From the NCBI GenBank assembly GCA_977017645.1, contig OZ360228.1, positions 50,964,001-51,028,000 on the forward strand: a stretch of DNA of 64,000 nucleotides, given 5' to 3'. This document shows positions 51,680-63,969 of this stretch, one piece after another. Every line of letters begins with the position of its first letter. The stretch's first letter is position 1. Made by a program: the position numbers and the translations under genes. Under the pieces are notes generated by a model. The model was not told the DNA's origin, did no database searches, and saw only the letters and a program-made list of their open reading frames with translations. This DNA comes from Torpedo marmorata (taxonomy: Eukaryota).

Positions 51680-53498
51680 AGATTAATTCGGATAAAAGTG
51701 AAATTATGCCTTTAACACAAGGGGATTATAGTAAATGTAAAGAAATTACACAATTTAAATGGTCAAAGGAAGGAATTAAATATTTGGGAATAAAGATTGA
51801 TAAAAAATTAACTAATCTGTATAAATTAAACTATTTACCATTATTTGTGAATATAAAAAAAGATCTGGAGAGTTGGAAGGATTTACCTATAACTTTAATG
51901 GGAAGAGTAAATTGTATTAAAATGAATGTTTTTCCGAGAATTCAATATCTTTTTCAATCAATTCCTTATGAAACTCCTCAAAAATTTTTCAAAGATTTAA
52001 ATTTAATTATTAGGAAATTCTTGTGGAAAGGAAAGTTGGCTAGAGTAGGTATGGAGAAATTAACTTGGAATTATGAAATGGGTGGTCTACAACCTCCTAA
52101 TTTTCAATATTACTATAAAGCAGCCCAATTAAAGTTTATTAACAAAATGTTTGATTTAGGAAAACTCTCTGCTTGGATTAGAATAGAATTAAATAATATA
52201 GGAGAAGATTTGAAAGAAGAAGTTATTCATAAATGGAATTCTAAATTATTATTGACAAGAGGGAAACATTCTCCTATTTTTAGACATTTGTTAGAAATAT
52301 GGAATAGAGTGGATAGAGAAATAGGAGCGAAAGGGTCAATTTCTCGAAAAATGCCTCTGTATCAAAATAAACTTATCCCATTTACTGTTGATAATCAATT
52401 ATTTAAAATTTGGTTCCAAAAGGGAATTAAGGAAATAAATGATTGTTTTGAAGCTAGTAAATTTATTACGTTTCAAAGAATGAAAGATAAGTTTAATGTA
52501 GCAAATAATACAATCTTTGCTTACTATCAAATCAGAGCATTTTTAGTTGAAAGGTTGGGCCATAGTTTGATTTTACCAAGACAGAGTGAATTGAAATTAT
52601 TAGTTACTAATGGGGGTGTTAATAAATTTATTTCTCAAATGTATAGATTGTTACAGAGGAAAATGCCTAAACCAGGAATTCATAAATCAAGATTAAATTG
52701 GGAAACAGATTTGAACGTAACAATAGATGAAGAACATTGGAAAGAATTATGTAAACAAAGTATGACGAAGATTATTAATGTTAGATATAGATTGGTGCAA
52801 TATAATTTTTTTCATCAATTATATTTAACACCTAAAAATTAAAGAAATTTAATCCGACATTATCCGGCTTATGTTTTAGATGTAATAGAGAGGAAGGTTC
52901 TTTTGTACATTCTACATGGTTTTGTCCAAAGATATATGATTTTTGGTTGAAAGTTAAAAAGTTTTTAGATAAAGTATTAAGAATTACACTCCCAATGGAT
53001 CCTATGTTATTTTTGTTTGGAGATATTAAAAGAATCAGTGTTAAAATGAAATTAAATATGTATCAAACAGAATTTTTACGTATTGCTTTAGCTGTTTCTA
53101 AGAAATGTATTGCTATTACATGGAAATCGGATGTAGATTTAGGGTTAGAAAGATGGCATGCAGAATTGCGTTCATGTATACCACTTGAAAAAATTACTTA
53201 TAATTTACGTAATAAATATCATTTCTTCTTGAAAATATGGAGTCCATATATAAAAACTGTCGGTTTAAGGATTTGAAGATCTCCGGATATTGGATCTGAC
53301 TGGCGAACCTGTGTTCCACAATAAAATTAGTTTATAGTTGTTGTGTTTAGAGTGACATTCTCCTTACTTTATCTTTTTCTTCTTCCTTTCTTTTTTTCGG
53401 GAGGGGAGGGAGGGAGGGTGAAAATGTATCACATGTAATTTGATAATTTAGCATTTTAAACTATGTAATGTGTGATTTAAAAATTTTAAATTAAAAAA
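51680..53498 (+). mobile_element. Young 5'-truncated L1/Tx1 LINE with 16-bp TSD
   Basis: 378-aa and 109-aa ORF2 pieces (KYLGIKI, LMGRVNCIKMNVFPR); poly-A; TSD AAGCATACACTGCACT (51664-51679) / AAGCATGCACTGCACT (53499-53514). Confidence 0.95.
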
Positions 53499-53514
53499 AA
53501 GCATGCACTGCACT

Positions 53515-54110
53515 GAAGATTTCCAGGAGGCATTGACAGGGTGCTGCATCAAATGTTATTGGAGAAAATAAAAGCTCATGGTTTTGCTGGTAAACTATCA
53601 GCATGAATAGAAGATTGGTTGGCTAACAGGAAACAAGGAAAATCATTGTGAGAAAATTGCCCAGACTTCTAACCAAAATGGGTGGGCTGTCTTACGATGA
53701 AAGTTGAACAGGTTAGGCTTGTATCCTTTGAGGTTTAGAAGAATGAAATATGGCTTGATTGAAACATATCATGAGTGAGTTTGACAGAGTGGATACAGAG
53801 AGGATGGTTCCCTTTAAGGCAGAAGCAAGGACTAGGAGCCACCGTTCTAAACTTTTTACTGTCATGGGCTCATGAGACTTGGAACTCGCTTCCTCAGAGG
53901 GTGGTGGGAGCAGAGTTATTGAATAGTTTTAAAGCAGAGTTAGGTTCTTGATAAGTAAGTGGGTGAAAGATTACTGGCTGGTGCGCTTGCAGGTTTGAGA
54001 TTAGTCAGAACAGTTGATTTAAGAGCATGTGAATTTGGAGCAGGAGTCGGCTACTCAGCCCCTCGAACCTGCCTCGCCATTTAATAAGATCATGGCAGCT
54101 CTGATTGTAA
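53515..54110 (+). mobile_element. Degraded CR1 LINE
   Basis: gatttccaggaggcattgacagggtg (DFQ-AFD-V), gaatagaagattggttggctaacagg (IEDWLANR), ctttgaggtttagaagaatga remnants. Confidence 0.75.
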
Positions 54111-57100
54111 TCTGCAAAGCAAACAGGCTCTGGTTCCTGGACGAAAAGCAACAGGGGATTTGTCTATTTTCTCTCTTGCATTTAAAAACAAATTCTTGGA
54201 GGATTTATCTGGGACGTGAATCAGAGTGCTAGATGGCACAATTCCACTCGTGTTGCTGGTTCATCAACAGCAGTGGCAGCTGCTAAATCTGACAAATTAG
54301 GTCAAAAGACATATTTTCCAATGAAAATGAGGAGTTAAAGTGCACACTTACTATTTCAGTGATTTCAGCCAAGATCAACAAACAAAGCTAAATCTCACCC
54401 ATGTTTCACCCTGTGCTTGATGACAGTGGCTGAAATAATATGTCAAGCAGTGCTATTTTGAAGTTGTATTGTCATTGGATAGACTCTGGGTCATTTTGCA
54501 ACCTTAGAATTTTCCTTTTGTTATGTTATAGCACGTTCTTCACACTGAATTTCCTGGAAACATGTTTTCTCCTCTCTCTAATGCGAGTAGTACTCCAAGA
54601 AAATGAACTGTCTCTGCATACTCCTTGCCTGAGGATACAATAATCTGCCTCTGAGGGGCTGTCACTTCCCAACCATTGGGAAACTGTGCCAAAAGGCAAC
54701 AATTACAACCACAGGATTTCTGTGGAGACTGTAAACTAGTATGACAATGTTGTAGCTTCCATGTGAAGGGGGAAGTAAGAAAATAACATAAAAGGTAATG
54801 GGTTGCATATTTACTGTGGACTCCAGCAATAAAATGTACTGAGAGACATTACCAATTGCTGAGGGTATGTTTTACCTTTCCTGGATGCACAAATGATAAT
54901 ACTATTTATTGGTCCACATTAGCATTACACTTTGCAAAGAAAATATATTTTGGGACCAAAATAGCAACAATAAACCAGAATATCTGAATGTTTAAAACTT
55001 ATGGTTTAATTAAAATACAATTTCAATATTTAATAATCCTTTGCTGTTGCACTTGACTGTCAATTTTGTTACTGTACATAAAAATTGACTATACTAATAC
55101 AAAATGAAGGTTAAAAAATTCTAAATCTGGGAACTGCGACCTTGCCTTTAAATGGATATGCTGAGCCCACCAGGCAATCTCAGGAAGTAGCCCTGTTGGA
55201 TAGTTGACCCATCAGGAAGTTAGGACCTTCAGCAAGAGTTCATAAAGATGCAATCACTATCAATCAGAACATGTCACCACTTGGCCTGTACATCAGAATT
55301 AGAGTAGTTTCTTGCAACAAGCATCCAACATGTTGTTGAATTCTCTGTCGATGTTCAAGTCAAATCAGCCAAAATTAAGAAACCATTTGAAATAGCAGGA
55401 AAAAAAAGTTATCAGGTAGAAATGCTCCGTTACTGTTGAATGTTCACACTTCCAATCATCTTCCAATACTGCGCAAAATTACACCGGATAAAGATATAGT
55501 ACCAATCAAGTGCACTCATAACACAGTAAATCTGAAAGGATCATATATTTTCATGTAAATTACATTCTTCAAACAATTTCACAAATTGTTCAATTAAGGA
55601 CTTAAATGGTTTCAGTCAGTTCAACTTGTACAAAATTAAGATGATGAGAAATAATTACTGACATAATCAACTAATGATGTATGTATTTGAAACTCAGAGG
55701 TCAATTATCAATTAATGACAATCAATAACTATATCTTTCAAGTCTTCAAGTCAGCATATTAGAAATAACAGTGTGTAAAACATATATAAACAATTATTTA
55801 TTACATATTAACCAAATGTACAAAGAAAAAAAACTAGAATTAGCATCCAAGTGATAACATGATGTGTCCAATTGTAATCGGCTTGTTACCTATCTCAGGG
55901 TCTGTCTGCCTAGAGCAATTGAACCATCTCTTTAAATGCTGGCTGGATTAGACACAATCTACCATGTAAAAAGAGTATTCCTGTCCGTGTAACTTCCCTG
56001 AAAATCAAATTAACACAACTTAAATCATAGTATAATGGAAAATTACCAAAAAGATCAGAGCAACATTTTAATAGATCTTCTGAATAATACTTCTAAACAT
56101 GGATTTATTGGAAATTATTGTTTTATGTTCCAAATGATTTTGTCAATCAAATGCAAGATTGTTTAAATTTAAGCCAGGGCTCAAAAATTAAATATGAACG
56201 GAGAAATTCCTACTGTGAGTTGAACTATTCTGCCTCAATATACTGATAGTTTTGCCACATCAGCTCTTTAGTTCACTTCTCTTATGATTTTGCTCAAGAC
56301 TGAAAAAATAATTAACTTCTAATTGAAATTAATTTGAATTTTAGTGACACAAAAGTTTCAGATCAATCTTTTTTAGATTAATTTTTAGACCCATACCATC
56401 TTAGCAATTATACACCTGAAATGCAAATTAGAGCCACACAATATCTCAGCAATGGTTATTTTAATATGAACTTTTTGAATAAATGGTAATAAATGGTTTT
56501 GTATTGAAAGGATAATTATACTTTGTGACCTGTGAATGATATATAGAAATTTTTTCTTAATACTTTCCATATCCAGCAAGGTAGTCCAAACCACAGCCGT
56601 CAATATCGCACTTGAATAAGTTGTTTCTGTTTCATCCCAGGCTCACTACAGTACATTTATTAGCTAATCATATATTCACAATACTATTGGCTGCCCAAAT
56701 CTTGCCTCAGGTACTGAATCGTGATGAACATGTAAGTCAATTTCTGGTAATGACTACATTGCTATGCAGCACGGAACACTGTCTATTGTCCGTATTTTAT
56801 TACAGTTTTGGTGCTTCAATGCATTTTTGTTTGAGTTTTTGTAATCTTTTGCATTTTGCAACCATTAATATTCAATTTAGTGAATGAATTTTGTGTAGTT
56901 ATTAGTTACTTTGTGTACACTAAGTTTTGAGTAAAATTTAGCTGGCGATGATTGACTCAAATGTGCCAACTTGTTTACCTTGAATGTGTGTGGTTGGTGT
57001 TGAGTGAAATTATGTGTTAGAGGCTTACCTGTAACTCAAAGTTCTTATTCTATCATTAACTCTATCACCAAAAATCTATATTCCGAACAAATTAATTCAG

Positions 57101-57769
57101 TGTTTGGTTCACATATCTACTTTCTATGCACAATAAAATTTCAAGCTGATTGAGATTCCTCTAAGTTGCAAACATTTGGAGTTTAAGGAGTGTCATTTAA
57201 AAACATTCTGTCAATCCAAACTGAAAATGTCATTGTGGTTTAACAACAATATTGTGGGAAGACGCATATTTGAATGCTGCAATTAAATTGAAATACTTCT
57301 TTCAACATTGCTTTCCCTGGATTGTAACAGCCTGAACTTTTCAGCGTCGAAATGAACAACACATACACATTCAGCTTCACTAGAAGAAAAGCGAGAACAG
57401 GAAATCATTCAGCTTGTTGTTTCTGGGCTAGATCTTCACCAGTGTAAATCAAAATTATTCCCACTCCCCTGCTTCCCCAGCACCCCCACCTCACTTATTC
57501 TTTCCTCAAACCTAGAAGGTAGATTTGCATCCACCTTTACATTCCCCCGCCTTCTCACTCAATCAGGTAAAGAAATTTCTCTTAGACTTACAACAGTTGA
57601 AATGGATGACCCACAATTGTTTCCACAACCAGGGGAAATAAGACTTTTTCGATGCACTTTATGAAAACCCTTCATAATATTTTTACAAAGACTAACCACC
57701 CCCTGTGACTTCATACATCAAATCATTATTATCTCTGTTCTATTCATATAATCCTGGTGAAACTGGATC

Positions 57770-58846
57770 AGGCCATGATTCCCTCAGTGCTGGTCAAGAA
57801 GCTACAAACTCTAGGCCTCTGTACCCCCCTCTGCAACTGGATCCTTGACTTTCTCATCGGAAGACCGCAGTCAGTACGAATTGGAAACAACATCTCCTCC
57901 TCACTGATTATCAACACAGGCGCACCCCAAGAATGCGTGCTTAGCCCTCTGCTCTACTCGTTATACACCCATGACTGTGTGGCCAGGCACAATTCCAATG
58001 CCATCTACAAGTTTGCCGATGACACCACAGTTGTCGGCAGAATCACAAACAGCAATGAGGAAGCGTACAGGAGGGAGATAGATCAGCTCGTTGAATGGTG
58101 TAATGACAACAACCTTGCGCTCAACGTCTGCAAAACCAAGGAGATGATTGTGGACTTCAGGAGGAAGTCATGGGAACACGACCCAGTCCTCATCGAGGGC
58201 TCAGTAGTGGAGAGGGTCAAGAACTTCAAATTCCTGGGTGTCAACATCTCTGAGGATCTGTCCTGGAGCCTCCTCGTTGATGCAATCACAAAGAAGGCTC
58301 GTCAGCGGCTATACTTTGTGAGGTGTCTGAGGAGATTTGGTATGTCACCGAAGACTCTCGTCAACTTCTACAGGTGTACCGTGGAGAGCATTCTGGCTGG
58401 TTGCATCACTGCCTGGTATGGAGGCGCCAACTCTCAGGACAAGAGTAAACTCCAGAGGGTTGTTAACTCGGCCTGTTACATCACAGGCACCAGACTTCAC
58501 TGCATCGAGGACATCTACATGAGGCGGTGTCTTAAAAAAGCAGCCGCTATCCTCAAAGACCCCCACCACCCAGGCCATGCCCTCTTCACTCTGCTACCAT
58601 TGGGAAAAAGGTACAGGAGCCTAAAGACGAGCACTCAACGGCACAAGGACAGCTTCTTCCCCGCTGCCATCAGATTCCTGAATAATCAATGAACCAAAGA
58701 CACTGCCTTACTTTTCGTGCACTATTATTTATATTTTTTTATAGTAATGTCGTAAGATGGTTATAATATGAATGTTTGCACTATGATGCTGCCGCAAAAC
58801 ACCGAATTTCATGACTTGTTCATGACAATAAATTCTGATTCTGATC
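57770..58846 (+). mobile_element. Rex1/Babar-type LINE, 5' truncated with open RT frame
   Basis: 311-aa ORF with [21 protein letters not shown] and YKFADDTT; tail GACAATAAA(TTCTGA)2. Confidence 0.93.
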
Positions 58847-58979
58847 ACTGCTGCTTCCTCTCCTTTCTTGGAGGCTGAAGGTGAGCTTGCTAGAGAAAAC
58901 GTATGTAAGCATATAGCAGATATGAGAAGATATTGTCTTGTAGGATCATAGAAAATTCAACGATCTTCATAGGTATAAA

Positions 58980-59285
58980 CCTTCGGATTCAAGGTCAGTT
59001 TCTTTCCTGCTGTTTTCAGACTCTTAAGTTGACCTCCCATTGGTGAAAGATAATGCTCTTGCACTGTTTTAACTATATTTTTCCTGATTCCTTGTACTTT
59101 GTTTTTGTAACACTATACTCTGCACTCTTTGACTTACTGTTGCACTACACCCGCACTTTTGTTTTATTATTGTACTATCTGCTGTACTTACGTAAGTATG
59201 AGCTGACTTGCCTTGGTATTATGCAAAACAAAGCTTTTCATTGTATCTTTGTACGTGACAATAAACAATTCAATTCAACTCATTA
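58980..59285 (+). mobile_element. Rex1-type LINE extreme 3' fragment
   Basis: ggattcaaggtcagtttctttcctgctg (RFK-SFFPA) and GACAATAAAC(AATTC)n tail. Confidence 0.65.
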
Positions 59286-59299
59286 AAACACAAATCTAA

Positions 59300-59793
59300 G
59301 AAATTAGTAAAGGCTAATAGGCTCCAAAAAAGAAAACTGTGTGTGGAAGCAGATGTTCCTGATGAATATTTTGTGATTATCTTCAGGATAAAAAGGGGAT
59401 GATACTGATGTTGTAGAATTGGGAATATTGTAAAAACTCATACATAGCATAGTGAACGAGGATGTATTAAAGGGTTTTTATGATAATCAAAACATTGACA
59501 AATACCCAGGATTTGATGAAATATATCCCACCCTTTTGAAAGAAGGGAGGAAATTGCAGAGAACCAGTTGGATTACAATTTTTAACCTTGCCTGGCTACA
59601 GAGAGGTGCCAGAGGATTGGTGGACTGCTACTGTTGTATTGTTGTTTAAAAAGGGAGGAAGGGATAAACCACGTAATTACAGGCCAGTTCATTTCACTTC
59701 AGTGGTGGGGAAATTATTGAATCCATTCCAAAGGGCATTGTAACACTTCGGTTTTCAAAGACACAGATTAATCAGAGACAGTTGGCATGGATA
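59300..59793 (+). mobile_element. Degraded CR1 ORF2 fragment (continues ~60750-61160 and ~62966-63330)
   Basis: DKYPGFDEIYPTLLKE, tttaaaaggg...aattacaggccagt remnants. Confidence 0.7.
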
Positions 59794-60566
59794 TTTAAAT
59801 TTAAATTTAGACATACAGCACGGTAACAGGCCCTTCCAGCCCACTAGCCCGTGCCACCCAATTACACCTTCGCGAGCAAAGATCCAGGAAGGATCGTAGA
59901 CGTGGGCATGTCCTTCGAGCCTGCACAATGGATTTTTTTAGGTGGAGTGCAGTGTGTGCAGTACTGGCCCAACCCTTTTCACCCGGGGTTTATCTGCCAC
60001 GGCCTAGCAAGCTAGGACGGTGACAGCCAGGTCCTCGGATCGTAGGTGTTACGTCGGAGTATCCTTCTCCTAGATGGATGGCCTGACAAGGCTAACGAGT
60101 CCCATCTGCCCGGGTTTGAAATCAGAGTTTTCCTTCTCTTAGGCTGGCTGCCAACCAAGGCTAACGAGCCCAGCCTACCCATCCAGTTATACCGCCGGAC
60201 ACTCGGTCACGCCATGACGTAGCAAACTCAGTGAAAACGGGGGACACTATGAGAAGGTGTTGCTTCAGACGCAGTAATGTAGGAGAGGCCATTTGCAGTG
60301 ACCTCCTGCCTGGCAAGCTAGACAGTGGCCACGCGGCGATCACTACAACGAGAAAGGAGAGGCGATGTATTACGTGTGGACTTTGCCTGGGTGAGCGGGA
60401 CATCAGGCCCAGACCTCACCCAGCCCTTCCTAATTGACCTACAACCCATGTATATTTTGATAGGTGGGAGGAAACCGGAGCATCCAGAGGAAACCCACGC
60501 AGACACGGGGAGAACGTACAAACTTCTAACAGACAGCGCTGGATTTAAACCCTGGTCGCTGGCAAT
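59794..60566 (-). mobile_element. tRNA-derived SINE split in two (59794-~59867 and ~60430-60566) by an insert
   Basis: gccacccaattacac and taattgacctacaaccc are contiguous in the other SINE copies. Confidence 0.88.
59868..60430 (-). mobile_element. GC-rich non-coding insert, probably derived from an RTE-type LINE 5' UTR (non-autonomous element)
   Basis: Interrupts a SINE; contains two tandem units with TA(A/G)GAGAAGGA(A/T)A..CTC-GA, a motif I associate with RTE 5' UTRs; family assignment is from recall only. Confidence 0.5.
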
Positions 60567-60569
60567 ATA

Positions 60570-60748
60570 ACATAAGAACATAAGAAATAGGAGCAAGAGT
60601 AGGCCATCTCCGCTATTCAATGAGATCATGGCTGATCTGATGATAGGCTCATTTCCCCTTACCTGCCTTTTCCCCATATCTCTTAATTTCCCTACTTTGT
60701 AAAAATCTATCCAACCTTGTCTTAAATATATTCACCGAGGTAGCCTCC
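60570..60748 (-). mobile_element. CR1 3' end
   Basis: (CATAAGAA)n tail; IFKTRLDRFLQSREIKRYGEKAG peptide. Confidence 0.85.
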
Positions 60749-61163
60749 ACAGTGTAAAAGTGTTGCGCCAACCTTGCCATCCAATTTGATAAGGGACATT
60801 TATGTTTGACCAATTGAATTGTTTGAGGTAACAAGGAAATCAATGAACCAGTGTACTGGATGGATTTTTACATTGCAGTCTGGTCAAAACAGTAAAATCA
60901 AACGGGATCCAAGAAAAAAATTAATCCAACGTCGTTTAAATGGCCTGAAGCAAAGGGTAATGGAGATTTCATGACCAGAGGCCTTCATCATGGGGGTGCC
61001 ACCGTTTTCTCCTCAATTTCTTACTTATTGCAATATGTATTAACGATATGGACCTAAGTGAAGGTGACACAATAACGTTTGCAGATGTAACAAAAACTGA
61101 TCGTGTGATTGATAGTCAGGAATTAGATGGCCTTGCTAATTGGGAAGAAAAATGGCAATATTA

Positions 61164-62963
61164 CCGTATATTTTGGCGTATAAGTCGACTAGCAGATGTC
61201 AACCCCCCCTTTTCAGCCTCATTTTAATGGTTTTATTGTATATCCGGCGTATAAGTCGACCCCCAAAAATCGCGATGATTGAGCTGCTGGGCGTTGACCA
61301 GCGTATAGGTCGACCCACAACGATCGCGCTGATTGAGCTGCTGGCCGTTGTCTGGAGGTGATTGTTATCATGGAGGCTCCATTGAAACGATGAAAGTATG
61401 AGGCGAGTTTTAAATTAAAAGTGATAGAAATGGCCAAGAAAACCAACAACTATGCTGCTGCAAGAAAATTTGATATATATGAGAAGTTGGTAAGAGATTG
61501 GAGGAAGAAAAGAGACTTTAAGAAAAATACCAAAAAGGCAATGTTCGATGAGAAGAGGAATCACTCGTTGGCCAGAGTTGGAAAATCATGTCGCAGCATG
61601 GGTACGTGAACAGAGGCAAGATTGCTACATAGTCACCCGAAATAAAATAAGAACATTTGCACTGAAGTGGGCAAAGTCGCACCCAGAACTCAGTAATGAT
61701 TTTGAAGCTACAGTTGGCTGGTGCAACCGTTTCATGAACGGGAAAAATCTGGTATTACGACAAAAAACAAAAATTGCTCAGAAACTACCAAAAGATCTTG
61801 ATCATAAAATTGTAAGTTTTCACCAGTTTATTTTACGTAACCGGCAGAAACACAAGTTTGCATTGGCAAATATTGGAAACATGGACGAAACCCCCATGAA
61901 TTTTGATATGATAGGCAATAGAACAGTGGAATGGAAAGGTGTGAAAACTGTGCAAACCAGGAGTACAGGCCATGAAAGGACCAGGTTTACTGTGGTGTTA
62001 TCGTGGTTGGCCGACGGGACCAAGTTAAGACCCATGGTAATCTTCAAACATAAATTTAAACCTAAAATAAAATTCCCTGTTGGCATTTTTGTACATTTTC
62101 ATGAAAAAGGATGGATGGATGAAAATGGTGTAAAACTATGGATAGACAATGTGTGGAACAGGCGGCCAGGCGGTTTACGCAAGGAATGGAGTTTGCTGGT
62201 CTGGGATATGTTTCGTAGCCACTTAACTGAGAAGACTAAAAGTAGATTAGCACAACATAATACTTACATGGCGGTTATCCCAGGTGGTTTGACGTCTATA
62301 TTGCAACCTCTCGATGTCTGTTTGAACAAGCCATTCAAAGACCATGTGTGTGAAGAGTGGAATACATGGATGTCGAGTGCAGAAAAATCATTTACAAAAG
62401 GCGGGGCAATGCGTGCTGCATCGCTTGATGTGCTGTGTGACTTCGTGCTCAAGGCATGGGACAAAGTGAAAGTAGAGATTATAATAAAATCGTTTAAAAA
62501 GTGCGGTATCTCTTGTGCAATTGATGGTACAGAAGATGATTTATTGTGGGACACTGACGACGAAGGTGAAGCCGCCTCATCAGATACAGACTGGGACCTG
62601 TATGATGACTGTTTAAACAGTGAGAACCCGGATGTGCTTGCCGAGATCTTTGCCTCAGACGATGATAGTGAAAGTTATTTTTAAGGGTCCTAAATGTCTT
62701 GTTGTTTTCAATAAAAATGTCAATGAAAATTTGTTGCAGTCGGGTTTTTTTTTTGGTTTTTCAAGTGTCAACTTATAGGCCGAATCGGGTTTTCAAGAGT
62801 CGACTTATATGCCAAATCGGGTTTTCAAAGGTCGACTTATACGCCGAATCGGCGTGGAGTGGTTTTTGAACAGATTTTAAGGTCTCAAAAGTATATCTGG
62901 CGTATAAGTCGACCCCCGTTTTTTGAGGGTTTCAAGACTCGTCTTATATGCCGAAATATACGG
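61164..62963 (+). mobile_element. Full-length pogo-superfamily DNA transposon (DD35D, Passer/POGK-like)
   Basis: TA TSDs (61162-61163, 62964-62965); TIRs CCGTATATTTTGGCGTATAAG / CTTATATGCCGAAATATACGG; subterminal CGTATAAGTCGAC repeats. Confidence 0.95.
61370..62684 (+). pseudogene. pogo transposase (Brinker-type DBD, CENP-B HTH, DDE_1) with a stop at 61391-61393 and a frameshift near 61510
   Basis: KYEASFKLKVIEMAK..AAARKF..VRDWRK; WPELE..GWCNRFM; NMDETP, VWDMF, QPLD with 35 residues between the last two Asp; acidic tail. Confidence 0.92.
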
Positions 62964-63401
62964 TAATGAGAAGCAAAGTATTTGAGAAAGTGCCACAAGA
63001 AAAGGGAGAATACTCGCTCCTATTTCTTATGTGGAGTAACTGTTTAAATATAGTAGGACATACCAGTGATGTGGTTAAAAAGGCATTCAGGTTGCTTTCC
63101 TTTATATGTCAAGGAACAGAAAATAGTAATGAGGAAGCTAATGTAGAATTGTGTACAACAACAGGTTCAGAAAAGAGTGTTGTTCTGGAGACATTATTAC
63201 AGGAAAGATGTAATTGCAATGAAGAGAATTAAGAGGAGATTTACAAAGACATTGTTAGGACTGGAAAGACTGTTTATTCTGGAATGGATGGATGAAAATG
63301 AGGTGAGATTTCCTGGAGCTGTATAAAATTAAAATATCTATTTCAGTAAAATTGAAAAAAAAACACTTCCTTTATCAAAGAGATCAAGAATCAGGAGGGA
63401 G

Positions 63402-63969
63402 CTTCTAAACAATCATTTATTTCCTTAATTCCCTTTTGGAACCAAATTTTAAATAATTGATTATCAACAGTAAATGGGATAAGTTTATTTTGATACAGAG
63501 GCATTTTTCGAGAAATTTACCCTTTCGCTCCTATTTCTCTATCCACTCTATTCCATATTTCTAACAAATGGAAATCGGATGTAGATTTAGGGTTAGAAAG
63601 ATGGCATGCAGAATTGCGTTCATGTATACCACTTGAAAAAATTACTTATAATTTACGTAATAAATATCATTTCTTTTTGAAAATATGGAGCCCATATATA
63701 AAAACTGTCGGTTTAAGGATTTGAAGATCTCCAGATATTGGATCTGACTGGCGAACCTGTGTTCCACTATAAAATTAGTTTATAGTAGTTTTGTTTAGAG
63801 TGACATTCTCCTTACTTTATCTTTTTCTTCCTTCTTTCTTTTTTTCGGGAGGGTTAGGGAAGGGGGGGAGGGAGGGAGGGTGAAAATGTATCACATGTAA
63901 TCTGATAATTTTGCATTTTAAACTATGTACTGTGTGATTTAAAATTTTTAAATAAAATATTTTTAAAAA
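63402..63969 (+). mobile_element. Young L1/Tx1 insertion with 5' inversion and perfect 16-bp TSD
   Basis: 63402-63570 is the reverse complement of ~52286-52454; 63568-63969 matches 53120-53498; TSD AAGAATCAGGAGGGAG at 63386-63401 and 63970-63985. Confidence 0.95.

Noticed and set aside
56385-56603. Upstream CDIN1 exon
   Set aside because: No frame gives the expected WIESKASFGD...QFWSYWN peptide; that exon is probably outside the window
60300-60430. HDV-like ribozyme at the 5' end of the insert
   Set aside because: Hairpins exist but I could not assign the nested P1/P1.1/P2/P3 double pseudoknot and catalytic C by eye
61548-62684. Domesticated POGK-like host gene
   Set aside because: Flanked by TIRs and TA TSD, inserted in an old CR1, and the N-terminus has a stop and a frameshift
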